From the NCBI GenBank assembly GCA_028695445.1, contig JAQVIV010000001.1, positions 6,028-70,027 on the forward strand: a stretch of 64,000 nucleotides of DNA, read 5' to 3'. The notes beneath the pieces are model-generated. The model searched no databases. It saw only the letters and a program-made list of their open reading frames with translations, and was not told the origin of the DNA. The translations under genes and the position numbers were made by a program. Source of the DNA: Candidatus Shapirobacteria bacterium. GTDB taxonomy: Bacteria; Patescibacteriota; Microgenomatia; 0-14-0-10-38-17. Of this stretch, positions 1 through 10,160 are shown one piece after another. Position 1 is the stretch's first letter, and each line of letters opens with the position of its first letter.

Positions 1-24
1 GAATCGCTTCTGACCTTTTTTTAT

Positions 25-1173
25 TTGGCCATCGCTTATTGTTCCCTAAAAATCTACCAAGAAATAAAATTAATTAATTTTATTGCCAGCGGCTTGTTTT
101 TGGGTCTGGCCCTAGCCACTAAAATATCGGCTGGTCTTTTTTTTCTTTTGCCCCTAGCCGCCGTTTCACTTAATTTAAAAAAAGAGGGGGGATTAATTAA
201 GAATCGAATCGTTGGACTTGTTCTTCTGAGTCTATTGGCCCTTACGATAACTCTTGTTTTCTCCCCTTTCCTGATTATTAATTTCTCCCAAAGCCTGTCA
301 ACCCTAAAATATGAAATTGCTGTCGCCAAAGGTAAAATCATTCCTTTCTACACCCGACAATTCTTAACCACCGCTCCTTTTTGGTTTCATATCAAAAAAA
401 TTCTCCCCTTTTTGCTTGGCTGGCCGGCTTTTATTGTTTCTATTCGGGGAATAATTGGTTTTATCCAAGAAAAAAAGGGCCGATCTCTTTGGTTAGTTGT
501 TCTTTTTCCCAGCTTGATCTTTTTTCTTTATCAGGGACAGCTATTTGCCAAGTGGACTCGTTTCTTGGTGCCGATTACGCCAATCTTTTCATTATTATTT
601 GCTCAGGCGACCAGTAAAATTTCCAAACCACTACAATATATTGTAGTAATAATTTCCTGCCTTCCGGGGGTTTTTTTCTTTGATCTGGTTTATAATCAAT
701 CCGATACCCGCTACCAATTTTCTTCCTGGGCCAAAGAAAATCTTCCCCAAGCCTCTATTATCCTTTCTGAATCGGGTAATGTGGTCAATTTACCTATCGA
801 CGCCGATCGCCAAATAATTAATTTTGACTTTTATCAACTGGAAGAAGAGGGAAACCTGGATCTTCTCTGTCAACATCTTAAAATGGTCGACTATATTATA
901 GTCCCCAGCCGAAGAGTTTTTGCTAATCACCCCTCAAGTTCCTTTCCCGCTACTGCCAATTATTACCAAAAACTTTTTTCTGATCAATTGGGCTTTTCTC
1001 TAATAAAAATCTTTTCCCCTAATAGTCGTTATTATTGGGCTAATTATTATTACCGAAAAAGCGAACTTGAGGCTGAAGAAACCTGGACTGTTTTTGACCA
1101 CCCAACAATCAGGCTATACCAAAAAACTATTCCTTTTTCTACTAAAGACTATCAGAATATTCTTTCTCAATGA
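25..1173 (+). CDS. polytopic membrane protein, PMT/ArnT-like (GT39/GT83-type) glycosyltransferase family; possibly 5'-truncated at the window edge
   Basis: Many hydrophobic segments. C-terminal motif ANYYQKLFSDQLGF is shared with the downstream paralog. Stop overlaps the next start (ATGA). Confidence 0.45.
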   Translation: MAIAYCSLKIYQEIKLINFIASGLFLGLALATKISAGLFFLLPLAAVSLNLKKEGGLIKNRIVGLVLLSLLALTITLVFSPFLIINFSQSLSTLKYEIAVAKGKIIPFYTRQFLTTAPFWFHIKKILPFLLGWPAFIVSIRGIIGFIQEKKGRSLWLVVLFPSLIFFLYQGQLFAKWTRFLVPITPIFSLLFAQATSKISKPLQYIVVIISCLPGVFFFDLVYNQSDTRYQFSSWAKENLPQASIILSESGNVVNLPIDADRQIINFDFYQLEEEGNLDLLCQHLKMVDYIIVPSRRVFANHPSSSFPATANYYQKLFSDQLGFSLIKIFSPNSRYYWANYYYRKSELEAEETWTVFDHPTIRLYQKTIPFSTKDYQNILSQ

Positions 1174-2831
1174 AAATAAAAAAGAAACCGGGCCGTTATT
1201 CACCTCTTTTTTTAATAATAATCTTCGGGGCTGTCGCAATTCGTTTATTCGGTATTAACTGGGACCAAGGCTATTATCTTCACCCTGACGAAAGAATGAT
1301 TTTTTTTGTTGCCCATCGGCTCGATTGGCCTAAAGACTTAGCAGAATTTTTTCAAAAACAAAGTCCTTTAAACCCAAAATTTTTTGCCTATGGTTCCTGG
1401 CCGATTTATTTATTGAGAGGAGCCTTTTCTTTGGCCGGACTCTTCAATCCCAATTTAGCCACTTATTCCAAAAGCTATCTGGTTGGCCGAATCTTATCCG
1501 TCACTTTTGAATTAGGAATAATTATTTTCCTAATGAAGCTTGGTGCTCAGATGGCTAATAAAAAAGCGGCTCTATGGTCTGGTTTCTTTTACACCCTAAC
1601 CATCCTACCGGTTCAATTGGCTCACTTCTACACCGTCGACACACCACTAACATTCTTTATTATTGGTGCCATCTTTTTTTCTTGCCGTTTTATTGATCAA
1701 CCCAAGAAAAAATTCCTAATTTGGTCGGGAGTTTTTTTTGGTATGGCTCTGGCCAGTAAAATTGCCGCTCTCCCTTTTGGCTTGGTGGCTTTAGGGGCCA
1801 GCTTATTGGCTTACCAGCCAATTGGCAAAATAGCTTGGAGAAAAATTATTATTAGCCTCTTTGCCTTTGGCGGAACAGCTGTCCTAGTCTTTGTTTTCTT
1901 GTCTCCCTATGCCCTAATTGACGCCGATACTTTTATAAAACAAGTAAAAGAACAGCAGGTAATGACCAAAGACCCTTTTGTTTTTCCCTATACCCTGCAA
2001 TATGTTAATACTCCCCCCTATTGGTACCAATTAAAAAATTATTTCCTTTGGGGGGCGGGGCCATTTTTAGCCGGAGCCGCATGCTTTTCTTGGTTACTGC
2101 TGGCCGACAGAATGCTAAGAAAAAGAAAAACCCAAGCGAATCAAAACAAAAAAATTGCTCTTCTTCTGGGAATTAGTTTAATTTATTTTCTAATTGTCGG
2201 TCGTTTCAGCGTTAAATTTATGCGCTACTTATTACCCCTTTATCCGTTGATGGCACTTTTAACTGGCCTTTTTTTCTCAAAACAAAAACCCTGGACTCGC
2301 TGGCTGGTTAGCTTACCGTCAATGATTTGGCTTTTGGCTTTTTTATCAATTTATGCCAAACCCCATTCTCGAATTGAAGCTTCTTCTTGGATTAATCAAT
2401 CTATTCCTGCCGGCTCAACCATTGCCATTGAACACTGGGATGATCACCTGCCTCTTTTCGGCCAGGAAAATTATCAATTCCAAGTTTTGGAACTTTACCA
2501 GCCGGAAAGTTTTGCCAAGTGGGAAAAAATCGACCAACAGCTAGAAAGGGCCGATTATCTTATTATTGCCAGTCATCGTCTCTACCAACCCTTATCAAGG
2601 CTAACTGATTGTGCTCGCCTGCCAGCCAACCGCTGTTATTCCGAAACGGCTCAACATTACCAGAAATTATTCTCCGACCAATTACCCTTTCAGAAAGTGG
2701 CCGAGTTTTATCCCCAGCCAGAAATCAAAATTGGCTCCAAAACTATCCTCATCAATGATTTTGGCGCCGATGAATCTTTTATTGTTTATGATCACCCCCC
2801 AATAACAATCTTCAAAAAAAGCCTGCTATAA
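1170..2831 (+). CDS. ArnT/PMT-like membrane glycosyltransferase (GT39/GT83 family), tandem paralog of the upstream gene
   Basis: N-terminal loop motif 'YYLHPDER', >10 predicted TM helices, conserved C-terminal 'HYQKLFSDQLPF' block shared with ORF 25-1173. Confidence 0.5.
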   Translation: MKIKKKPGRYSPLFLIIIFGAVAIRLFGINWDQGYYLHPDERMIFFVAHRLDWPKDLAEFFQKQSPLNPKFFAYGSWPIYLLRGAFSLAGLFNPNLATYSKSYLVGRILSVTFELGIIIFLMKLGAQMANKKAALWSGFFYTLTILPVQLAHFYTVDTPLTFFIIGAIFFSCRFIDQPKKKFLIWSGVFFGMALASKIAALPFGLVALGASLLAYQPIGKIAWRKIIISLFAFGGTAVLVFVFLSPYALIDADTFIKQVKEQQVMTKDPFVFPYTLQYVNTPPYWYQLKNYFLWGAGPFLAGAACFSWLLLADRMLRKRKTQANQNKKIALLLGISLIYFLIVGRFSVKFMRYLLPLYPLMALLTGLFFSKQKPWTRWLVSLPSMIWLLAFLSIYAKPHSRIEASSWINQSIPAGSTIAIEHWDDHLPLFGQENYQFQVLELYQPESFAKWEKIDQQLERADYLIIASHRLYQPLSRLTDCARLPANRCYSETAQHYQKLFSDQLPFQKVAEFYPQPEIKIGSKTILINDFGADESFIVYDHPPITIFKKSLL

Positions 2832-2844
2832 TAAAATTCCAGCT

Positions 2845-3960
2845 ATGGCAACTGTTTTTATCAAAAAAGCCGCTCCTAAAACTGTTGTTGACGATTATCA
2901 AAATCTGTTGCGCCAATTCCGAAAACAACTTCCCTCGGGGGAGGCAATTATTATCAAGCTAAATTTATCCTGGACTAAGTTTTATCCGGCCTGCTCCTCG
3001 CCCCCTTGGCAATTAGAGGGAATAATTAAGGGTCTTTTATCACTGGGGTTTTCCCCAAAACAGATCATTCCAGTAGAAAATAAAACTGTCGTCACCAACG
3101 TTAAAAGGGGCGCCGTTAATCATGCTTGGAACAAGGTGTGCCAAAAATATGGGGTTCAAATTCACTTTTTAGACGATGAGCCATATCGTCTTTACCAACC
3201 CAAAGGTAAAATGTTAATCCTTGATAAAATCTTCCCTGCTGGTATTAGTCTACCAAAAATTGTTTTTAACAAACCCCTTATTAGTCTCTGCACACTAAAG
3301 ACCCATGTTTTTACCCAAAATACCGGAGCCATTAAAAATTATTTTGGTATGCTCGACACCAATCGCCACCACGCCCACCGTTTTATTCACCAGGCCATTA
3401 TCGATTTATTAACTATCCAAAAAGAGATTCACCCCCAAACAGTTGCCTTCATGGACGGAACAACCATTGGTTACGGCTCCGGCCCTCGAGCCATGAAACT
3501 AAAAAAAGCCGATCTTATTTTGGCTAGCACCGACCAGGTGGCTCTCGACTCAACAGCGGCCAAAATTATTGGCCTAAACAATAGCAAGATTAACTATCTT
3601 TGTTTAGGCGAAAAATTAAATCTTGGTGAAAACCGGTCCAAAAACATTCGCTTCCGCTTTTTTGGTCAAATCAATCAACTACCCAATTTTCGGCTCAAAG
3701 GAGCCGATAACGCCGCTTCTTGCGGACAAAAATTTATTTACCACCATTGCCCTTGGTGGCTAGAAAAATTATTATTACAAACTATTGTTGCCCCCTGGTC
3801 TTATCTGGCCTCACGTCTCTATTATGACTTCTATTGGTATCAGACAATAGGCAGAAAAAGGTTGAAAGCCTTTTTGGCATCCGATTGGGGAAAATTATTC
3901 CAAGAATACCAGCAAGAATCGCTTGGCAAAACTCAAAAATCTATTGGCCAATCAACTTGA
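2845..3960 (+). CDS. DUF362-family protein
   Basis: Recalled resemblance to DUF362 proteins (segment 'LCTLKTHVFTQNTGAIKNYFGML'). Family assignment from memory only. Confidence 0.4.
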   Translation: MATVFIKKAAPKTVVDDYQNLLRQFRKQLPSGEAIIIKLNLSWTKFYPACSSPPWQLEGIIKGLLSLGFSPKQIIPVENKTVVTNVKRGAVNHAWNKVCQKYGVQIHFLDDEPYRLYQPKGKMLILDKIFPAGISLPKIVFNKPLISLCTLKTHVFTQNTGAIKNYFGMLDTNRHHAHRFIHQAIIDLLTIQKEIHPQTVAFMDGTTIGYGSGPRAMKLKKADLILASTDQVALDSTAAKIIGLNNSKINYLCLGEKLNLGENRSKNIRFRFFGQINQLPNFRLKGADNAASCGQKFIYHHCPWWLEKLLLQTIVAPWSYLASRLYYDFYWYQTIGRKRLKAFLASDWGKLFQEYQQESLGKTQKSIGQST

Positions 3961-4477
3961 AGAAATCAAAATTTTTACTGTCCACCCGATAGATTTTAGT
4001 TTGGGGAATTTCTTTTCTTAAAAAGGAAACAATTTGGTTATCATCTTCAAAGTAAAAGTCTAACCCAAGCTTCTTAATTATTTTTTTCTTGAAAATATGA
4101 GGAAGCAAATCGGCCTCATTAATGAAAACCCCAGAAAGATTTCCCCCCAGCCCCTTTTTAGCCAGCCACTTGGCGGTTTCTTTTTCTAAAAAACTATAAC
4201 GGCCAGAAATTAAATAAACTTCAAAGTTGGGATCTTGGCTAATTTTTTTCAAGAAAGTCAAGTTTTTTCTTATCGGCGGACGAAAGAAAGAGTGATGCGA
4301 CAATTTCCTCAACCACTGGTGGCCTCTATTGGTAGGAAAATTGTAGACAAGGCCACAATCTTTTGTCCCCCGAAACAATCTTTCTAACCAAGTCTTTGGT
4401 ACCAAAGGCGGGCGATCAATAATCACCCCATCCAAATCAAAGCCAATTTTTATTCTTCTCTTTTTCATTAACTCCAA
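3941..4477 (-). CDS. HAD-superfamily hydrolase/phosphatase-like protein
   Basis: Motif I 'IGFDLDGVII' (DxDGV) near the N-terminus; acidic 'FEDD' motif IV near the C-terminus. Confidence 0.5.
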   Translation of the reverse strand: MELMKKRRIKIGFDLDGVIIDRPPLVPKTWLERLFRGTKDCGLVYNFPTNRGHQWLRKLSHHSFFRPPIRKNLTFLKKISQDPNFEVYLISGRYSFLEKETAKWLAKKGLGGNLSGVFINEADLLPHIFKKKIIKKLGLDFYFEDDNQIVSFLRKEIPQTKIYRVDSKNFDFFKLIGQ

Positions 4478-4680
4478 AACACTTTCAATAATTATAACAA
4501 GTTTCGGGGTCGCAGGCTGTTATCACTTTCACTTTTTTTAGCTTTCCAGGAGTCTATTAAATAACTGGCTCCATCAAAAGAACAACCATAAGGTTTTTCT
4601 GACTCAACAAAGATCCGGAACCGAAACTGTGAAAAAGGTTCCTCTTTATCTTGCCAGCCTAATCCACTAAAATAAAGCTC

Positions 4681-6699
4681 ATGATTAATCATTTTCTCAT
4701 AGTTTCCTACTGGTGGTTTTTATTGTTTTCTCTGGGGTTAATCTTTTTTCCTCTTAGTCAAAAATTATTTAAAAAATTTTTTGATCAAGGTTATCTATTG
4801 TCCAAAACCATCGCTTTGGCCTTGCTTTCTTGGCCAATATTTTTGCTTGCCCACCTTAGGCTTCTTCCTTTTACTCAAGCAGGGGCTTTATTTCTTTTAA
4901 TTTTGGCAATTCTGGTTAATGTTTTTTTGGCTAAAAGAAACCCCCTTTTAAAGAAAAGATTAGTCAAAGTAATTCTTCTTGAAGAAGCGCTTTTCTTAAT
5001 CGCTTTACTTTTGGGTTCTTATATCCGCGGTCTAAAACCCGATATTGCCGGCCTGGAAAAATTTATGGATTTTGGTTTTATGAAAAGCCTAGTCAATAGC
5101 CGCTTCTTGCCCCCGGCCGATATGTGGTTTGCCGGCCAAACAATCAACTACTATTACTATGGTCATTTTACAGCCGCCTTCTTGACTAAACTATCCGGCT
5201 TATCGCCCTTTATTACCTACAATCTAATGATTGCCACTCTCTTTGCTCTAACAACAACCGGAGTTTTCTCTTTAACGGCTAATCTGCTTTTAAAAACAAG
5301 CAAAAACAGCAAGGCAATTATCGCCGGTGCCCTAATTGGAGCCTTAATCATTGGTCTGGGAAGCAACCTTCATACTCCATATCATCTCCTAAAAGACGGT
5401 GGGCAAAATTATTGGTATCCCAACGCCACTCGCTATATTGGTTACGACCCGCCGACCAGTGATAAAACCATTCATGAATTTCCCGCCTATTCTTTTATCG
5501 TGGCTGACTTACACGGTCATGTTTCCGGATTGCCGCTGGTAATTTTATTTATCGGCACTGCCTGGTCGCTTTTTCAAAGGAAAAAAATTTCGTGGTTAAA
5601 AACAATTTTTTTGGGATTTTTTTTAGGATTGATCTATATGACTAACGCCTGGGATTTACCAATTTATCTATTGTTCCTGGGGCTAGTTCTGCTAATCAAA
5701 CAACTGGCCAATCAAAAAAACTGGCAAGGTAAAAAAACTCTTCTTGCTATCCTGTCAATCATATTACCCTTACTAATCATCATTGGTCTGTTTTTTTTGA
5801 CCTCCTTGCCATTTAATCTTAACTTTAACTCTATGTTTGGTGGTATCGACCTGGTCATTAGTCAAACACCGATCTTCCAGCTCGTTGTCCTGTGGGGAGC
5901 TTTTGGTTTTTGGGTAATCAGTTTTTTTATTTTTTTAAGAATTTTCCCCAATAAAAAACCAGGTGATCTTTTTGTTTTAGGGTTAATTTTAACTGCCGTT
6001 ATTCTAATCGCCCTGCCGGAAATAATTTACATCAAGGATATTTATGGGGCTGACTTCTATCGGGCCAATACGATGTTTAAATTCACCTTCCAGGCCTATT
6101 TGATTCTCACTATTGCCTCAGGTTACATTATTGTTCGTGTTGGTCAAAGATTAACTAAAATCGGTCGGTTTGCCTTTCTGATTGTCTGCTTTTTTTTGGT
6201 CTTGGGGATACTGGTTTATCCGGCCTTTTCTGTTTCCGGTTTTTACGGTTCGGTTCATCCCAAAAATTTTCAGGGCTTATCGGGGTTGGATTTTTGGGCC
6301 CAGCGCTATCCGGAAGATTATCAAGCCATTATCTTCGTCGATCAAAGCTTGCCCAAAGAAGCCATTGTTTTAGAAGCGGCTGGCGACAGTTATACTGATT
6401 ATGGCCGAGTTTCGGCCTTTACTGGCCGCCCAACCATTCAGGGCTGGCTCGTTCACGAATGGCTTTGGCGAAACGGTTATGATCTGCCGGCCAAAAGAGC
6501 CAACCAAGTCCAAACGGTTTATCAAGATACCGATCTTAACTTGGCCCGAGAGGTTTTAGACCAATATTCTGTTGACTATATTTTCTTTGGTAAATTAGAG
6601 AAAGAAAAATATCCTAACGCCAACCCCGAAAGACTTAGTCTTTTGGGAAGACCAATTTTTAAGGCCGGAGAAACAGTCGTCTTTGAAGTAGGAAAATAG
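4681..6699 (+). CDS. large polytopic membrane protein, Chlor_Arch_YYY/DUF2298-like (putative glycosyltransferase-like)
   Basis: 'DMWFAGQTINYYYYGHF' YYY motif; about 14 hydrophobic helices; soluble C-terminal domain. Confidence 0.45.
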   Translation: MINHFLIVSYWWFLLFSLGLIFFPLSQKLFKKFFDQGYLLSKTIALALLSWPIFLLAHLRLLPFTQAGALFLLILAILVNVFLAKRNPLLKKRLVKVILLEEALFLIALLLGSYIRGLKPDIAGLEKFMDFGFMKSLVNSRFLPPADMWFAGQTINYYYYGHFTAAFLTKLSGLSPFITYNLMIATLFALTTTGVFSLTANLLLKTSKNSKAIIAGALIGALIIGLGSNLHTPYHLLKDGGQNYWYPNATRYIGYDPPTSDKTIHEFPAYSFIVADLHGHVSGLPLVILFIGTAWSLFQRKKISWLKTIFLGFFLGLIYMTNAWDLPIYLLFLGLVLLIKQLANQKNWQGKKTLLAILSIILPLLIIIGLFFLTSLPFNLNFNSMFGGIDLVISQTPIFQLVVLWGAFGFWVISFFIFLRIFPNKKPGDLFVLGLILTAVILIALPEIIYIKDIYGADFYRANTMFKFTFQAYLILTIASGYIIVRVGQRLTKIGRFAFLIVCFFLVLGILVYPAFSVSGFYGSVHPKNFQGLSGLDFWAQRYPEDYQAIIFVDQSLPKEAIVLEAAGDSYTDYGRVSAFTGRPTIQGWLVHEWLWRNGYDLPAKRANQVQTVYQDTDLNLAREVLDQYSVDYIFFGKLEKEKYPNANPERLSLLGRPIFKAGETVVFEVGK

Positions 6700-6818
6700 T
6701 GTTCAAAATAAGTTCCGATTTCTAAACAAATCTTAAATCACAATTTATAAAAAATATTAGTCTGATTGGTCTTATTGGACCGATATTTATAAGAATTAAA
6801 AATTAGAAATTTATACCC

Positions 6819-8621
6819 GTGTCTTTGCTTGATTCTCTAAATCCCCAACAAAAGAAGGCCGTTTGCTTCAACCATGGTCCATTGTTAATTCTGGCTGGAG
6901 CCGGTTCGGGAAAAACTAGAGTCATCACCTACCGAACCGCCTACTTAATCAAAGAAAATTTAGCCAAACCCGAAGAAATCCTTTGTATTACCTTCACCAA
7001 TAAGGCCGCTCAAGAAATGAAGAGCCGACTAGAAGAACTGCTCTCCTTTTATCCCGGCCTTCCCTGGACCGGAACTTTCCACGCCTTCTGTGCTCGCCTT
7101 TTGCGCCTTGAGGGCCAGGCGATCGGGATCCCCTCAAATTATCTTATTTGGGACAGAACCGACCAACTATCAATCATTAAAAAAATCATATCAAGAAAAA
7201 GCAGTCAAAAACACTCTCCCACCACTATTATCAACAATATTTCTGGAGCCAAAAACGAACTTATCGGCCCGCTAGACTATGCTCGCTTTGCCCAAGGTTC
7301 TTTTCAGGAATTGGTCGCCGAAATTTACCTTGCCTACCAAAAAGAACTTCGTTTGTCGGGCGCTCTTGATTTCGATGATCTTTTGGTAAAGACGGTCAAC
7401 CTCTTTGACCAAATGCCAAAAATTCTAGAAAAATATCAGGAACACTATCGCTATCTTTTTGTTGATGAATATCAAGACACCAATCGAGCCCAATACCAAC
7501 TAACCAAAGGCTTAGCGCAAAAACATCACAATCTCTGTGTTGTTGCCGATGCCTCCCAGTCAATTTATAGTTGGCGAGGAGCCGATTATCGCAACATTAG
7601 CCGAATTCAGAAAGATTTTCCTGAAATTGGGGTAATTAATTTGGAACAAAATTATCGCTCTAGTCAAAATATCCTCGATACCGCCTATCATGTTATCAGC
7701 CAAAACCGATCTCACCCAATTCTTAACCTCTGGACAAAGAATAGCCGGGGCGAAAAAATTACCACCTATCAAGCTGAAAGCGCCCAAGATGAGGCCCAAT
7801 TCATTATCAAACATATTATTACCAGTAAAAATCAGGGCCGACCACTAAACGATTTCGCTATTCTCTATCGAACCAATGCTCAGTCAAGAATCTTAGAAGA
7901 AGCCCTGCTTCACTATAATATACCGTACCAGTTAGTTGGCGGTTTTCGTTTTTATGAGCGAAAAGAAATTAAAGATATCTTGGCGTTTTTAAAAATTATT
8001 GCCAACCCCAAAGATCTGGCCTCAACAGAGCGGGTGAGGAAAATTGGCAAAAAAATCCTAGCCACCGTAAAGACTTTAACCAAAAATAAAAAAAATCAAT
8101 CCTTAAAAACCCTTGAGGTTATTAATCTTGTTTTAAACAAAACCGGTTATCTGTCTCGTTTTCGGGTAGAAAACGAAGAAGACATGAGCCGACTAGAAAA
8201 CATCAGAGAACTTAAAAGTGTCGCCCTGGAGCTTCCCGACTTAAATCAATTTTTAGAAAATATCGCCCTAATGGAGCAAGAATATTTTCCTCAAGGAAAA
8301 ATAACCAAAGAGGGGCAAAAAAAGGAAAAAATTACCCTAATGACTCTTCACGCCGCCAAAGGAACAGAGTTTGGGGTGGTTTTCTTGGCCGGATTTGAAG
8401 AGGGTTTACTGCCCCACTCAAGATCCCTGTTTGATAAAGAATCCTTAGAAGAAGAAAGAAGACTGGCCTACGTGGGTATTACCCGAGCCAAAAATAAACT
8501 GTTTTTAACCTATGCTTCTTCCCGATTAATTTTTGGCCAAAATCAAACCAATGGATCATCAAGGTTTTTGGCTGATATTCCTGAAAATTTAATCGATCAA
8601 CAAACTATTTCGTGGCTTTAA
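6819..8621 (+). CDS. pcrA: ATP-dependent DNA helicase UvrD/PcrA (compact, 600 aa), GTG start
   Basis: Walker A 'AGAGSGKTRVIT', 'DEYQDTN' Walker B, UvrD motifs (YRSSQNIL, LMTLHAAKGTEF, VGITRAK). Confidence 0.85.
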   Translation: MSLLDSLNPQQKKAVCFNHGPLLILAGAGSGKTRVITYRTAYLIKENLAKPEEILCITFTNKAAQEMKSRLEELLSFYPGLPWTGTFHAFCARLLRLEGQAIGIPSNYLIWDRTDQLSIIKKIISRKSSQKHSPTTIINNISGAKNELIGPLDYARFAQGSFQELVAEIYLAYQKELRLSGALDFDDLLVKTVNLFDQMPKILEKYQEHYRYLFVDEYQDTNRAQYQLTKGLAQKHHNLCVVADASQSIYSWRGADYRNISRIQKDFPEIGVINLEQNYRSSQNILDTAYHVISQNRSHPILNLWTKNSRGEKITTYQAESAQDEAQFIIKHIITSKNQGRPLNDFAILYRTNAQSRILEEALLHYNIPYQLVGGFRFYERKEIKDILAFLKIIANPKDLASTERVRKIGKKILATVKTLTKNKKNQSLKTLEVINLVLNKTGYLSRFRVENEEDMSRLENIRELKSVALELPDLNQFLENIALMEQEYFPQGKITKEGQKKEKITLMTLHAAKGTEFGVVFLAGFEEGLLPHSRSLFDKESLEEERRLAYVGITRAKNKLFLTYASSRLIFGQNQTNGSSRFLADIPENLIDQQTISWL

Positions 8622-8889
8622 TTTGAAAATCGGTTAAAGAAACCTTTTTTATTTTAGACCGATCAACCACCTCAACATCATCAACTCTGGCCAGCGGTGA
8701 ACCTTGGTGAAACCAGACGAGCAGCTTGGCAATTTTTTCTTCCTCGCCGAAAACTTCAGTTTCGACTCGACCATCAAGACGGTTTCTAACCCAGCCAATC
8801 AAGCCCAACCGCTGGGCCTTTTGTTGAGCAAAAAAACGAAAACCAACCTTTTGTACTCGACCAGAAATAAAGACATGAACCCTAATCAT
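8605..8889 (-). CDS. acyP: acylphosphatase
   Basis: 'VHVFISGRVQKVGFRFF...GWVRNRLDGRVE' acylphosphatase signatures. Convergent with pcrA, 17-nt overlap. Confidence 0.7.
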   Translation of the reverse strand: MIRVHVFISGRVQKVGFRFFAQQKAQRLGLIGWVRNRLDGRVETEVFGEEEKIAKLLVWFHQGSPLARVDDVEVVDRSKIKKVSLTDFQIKATK

Positions 8890-9023
8890 CTAAAAAAAAT
8901 AAAATTAATTGCTATATTGCTAAGTTACTAATAAGTATTTCTTTCAAAAATAGGCCCAAAAGAACAATATAACAATTACTCTTTTTTTGAGTTTCTTTCA
9001 TCAGTAAGTTATTATAACAATTA

Positions 9024-10013
9024 ATGAGCCCTCAATTAAATTCTAATCCTCGACAGCAAGAATACGACCCGCTGGTTAATCATCCGATTCAGTCCTGGGC
9101 CTGGGGGGAGTTTAGAAAAAAAATGACCGCCCAGGTTGACCGTTTTATTATCAATCAAGAAGCGGGTCAAATTTTTTTTTATCAATTACCACTGTTTCCT
9201 TTTACTATTGGTCACTGCCCAAAAATTAATTTTATCAACCGACAACTAATCGATCATCTCACCCTCCTTGGCCAAAAAAGACAAGCCTTATTTATTAAAA
9301 TTGAGCCTCATATTCTGGCTAATCCCAAAAAAGAGAAAGAACTATCAGCTCTTGGCCTACACCGAGGAAGAGAAAATTTTTCCCAATACACTATGGTAAT
9401 TAACCTTAATCAAAGTCCCGATCAACTTCTGGCCAGCTTTGCCTCTAAAACCCGCTACAATATTCGCTTGGCCAAAAGAAAGGGAGTAAGGGTTATCAAA
9501 GACAATTCTACCGCCGCTTTTAACATTTACTGGCGATTGACAAAAAAAACCACTGCCCGACAGGGTTTCTACGCCCATAATCAAGACTATCATGAAAAAA
9601 TGTGGCAAACCATGAGCCGGGCCGGTATTGCTCATCTTTTTCGAGCCGAATACCAAAAAGAAACTCTGGCCGCCTGGATTCTTTTCAAGTTTGGGAACAC
9701 CCTTTACTACCCCTATGGGGCCTCATCCCGAAAACATCGCCAAGTTATGGCTTCCAATTTATTAATGTGGGAGGCAATTTTGTTTGGTCAAAAAAGTGGC
9801 TGTCAACAATTTGATCTTTGGGGAACGCCAGGACCAAACCCCGAAAAAACCAATCCCTGGTATGGTTTTCATCGTTTCAAAGCCGGCTATAATCCAGAAA
9901 CTATAAAGCTTCTGGGAGCCCACGACTTGATCATCAAACCAAGCCTATACCCCTTCTACCAAGCCCTTGACAGTCTTCGCCGCCAATATTTAAAGTTTAA
10001 AACTAAACTTTAG
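9024..10013 (+). CDS. FemAB-family peptidoglycan interpeptide-bridge aminoacyltransferase (FemX-like)
   Basis: N-terminal 'IQSWAWGEF' resembles the FemAB signature 'LQSWEWGEF'; 'KTRYNIRLAKRKGV' block; ~330 aa. Confidence 0.6.
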   Translation: MSPQLNSNPRQQEYDPLVNHPIQSWAWGEFRKKMTAQVDRFIINQEAGQIFFYQLPLFPFTIGHCPKINFINRQLIDHLTLLGQKRQALFIKIEPHILANPKKEKELSALGLHRGRENFSQYTMVINLNQSPDQLLASFASKTRYNIRLAKRKGVRVIKDNSTAAFNIYWRLTKKTTARQGFYAHNQDYHEKMWQTMSRAGIAHLFRAEYQKETLAAWILFKFGNTLYYPYGASSRKHRQVMASNLLMWEAILFGQKSGCQQFDLWGTPGPNPEKTNPWYGFHRFKAGYNPETIKLLGAHDLIIKPSLYPFYQALDSLRRQYLKFKTKL

Positions 10014-10107
10014 TTTTAAACAAAAAACCGATTTTGGACATTGATAATATCAATTCCGCTTGCGGTTTTGAGAGTGGCGATTTTCTTCTGCCTTGGTATA
10101 ATTGGTC

Positions 10108-10137
10108 AACACGGGCAAGAGGTGCCCGTGTTTTTTT
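10108..10137 (+). terminator. rho-independent terminator-like hairpin (CACGGGCA-agagg-TGCCCGTG + T7)
   Basis: Perfect 8-bp GC-rich stem followed by TTTTTTT. Member of the CACGGGC hairpin repeat family. Confidence 0.5.
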
Positions 10138-10160
10138 AGTCTAAAAAAATTTAAAAAATA

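Noticed and set aside
54-341. Numerous 60-100-aa ORFs on the opposite strand or alternative frames of long genes (e.g. 54-341, 7090-7275, 16144-16341, 35464-35712, 50417-50638)
   Set aside because: They lie entirely within well-supported longer CDSs, have low-complexity or shadow-frame composition, and lack an RBS. They are treated as non-coding.
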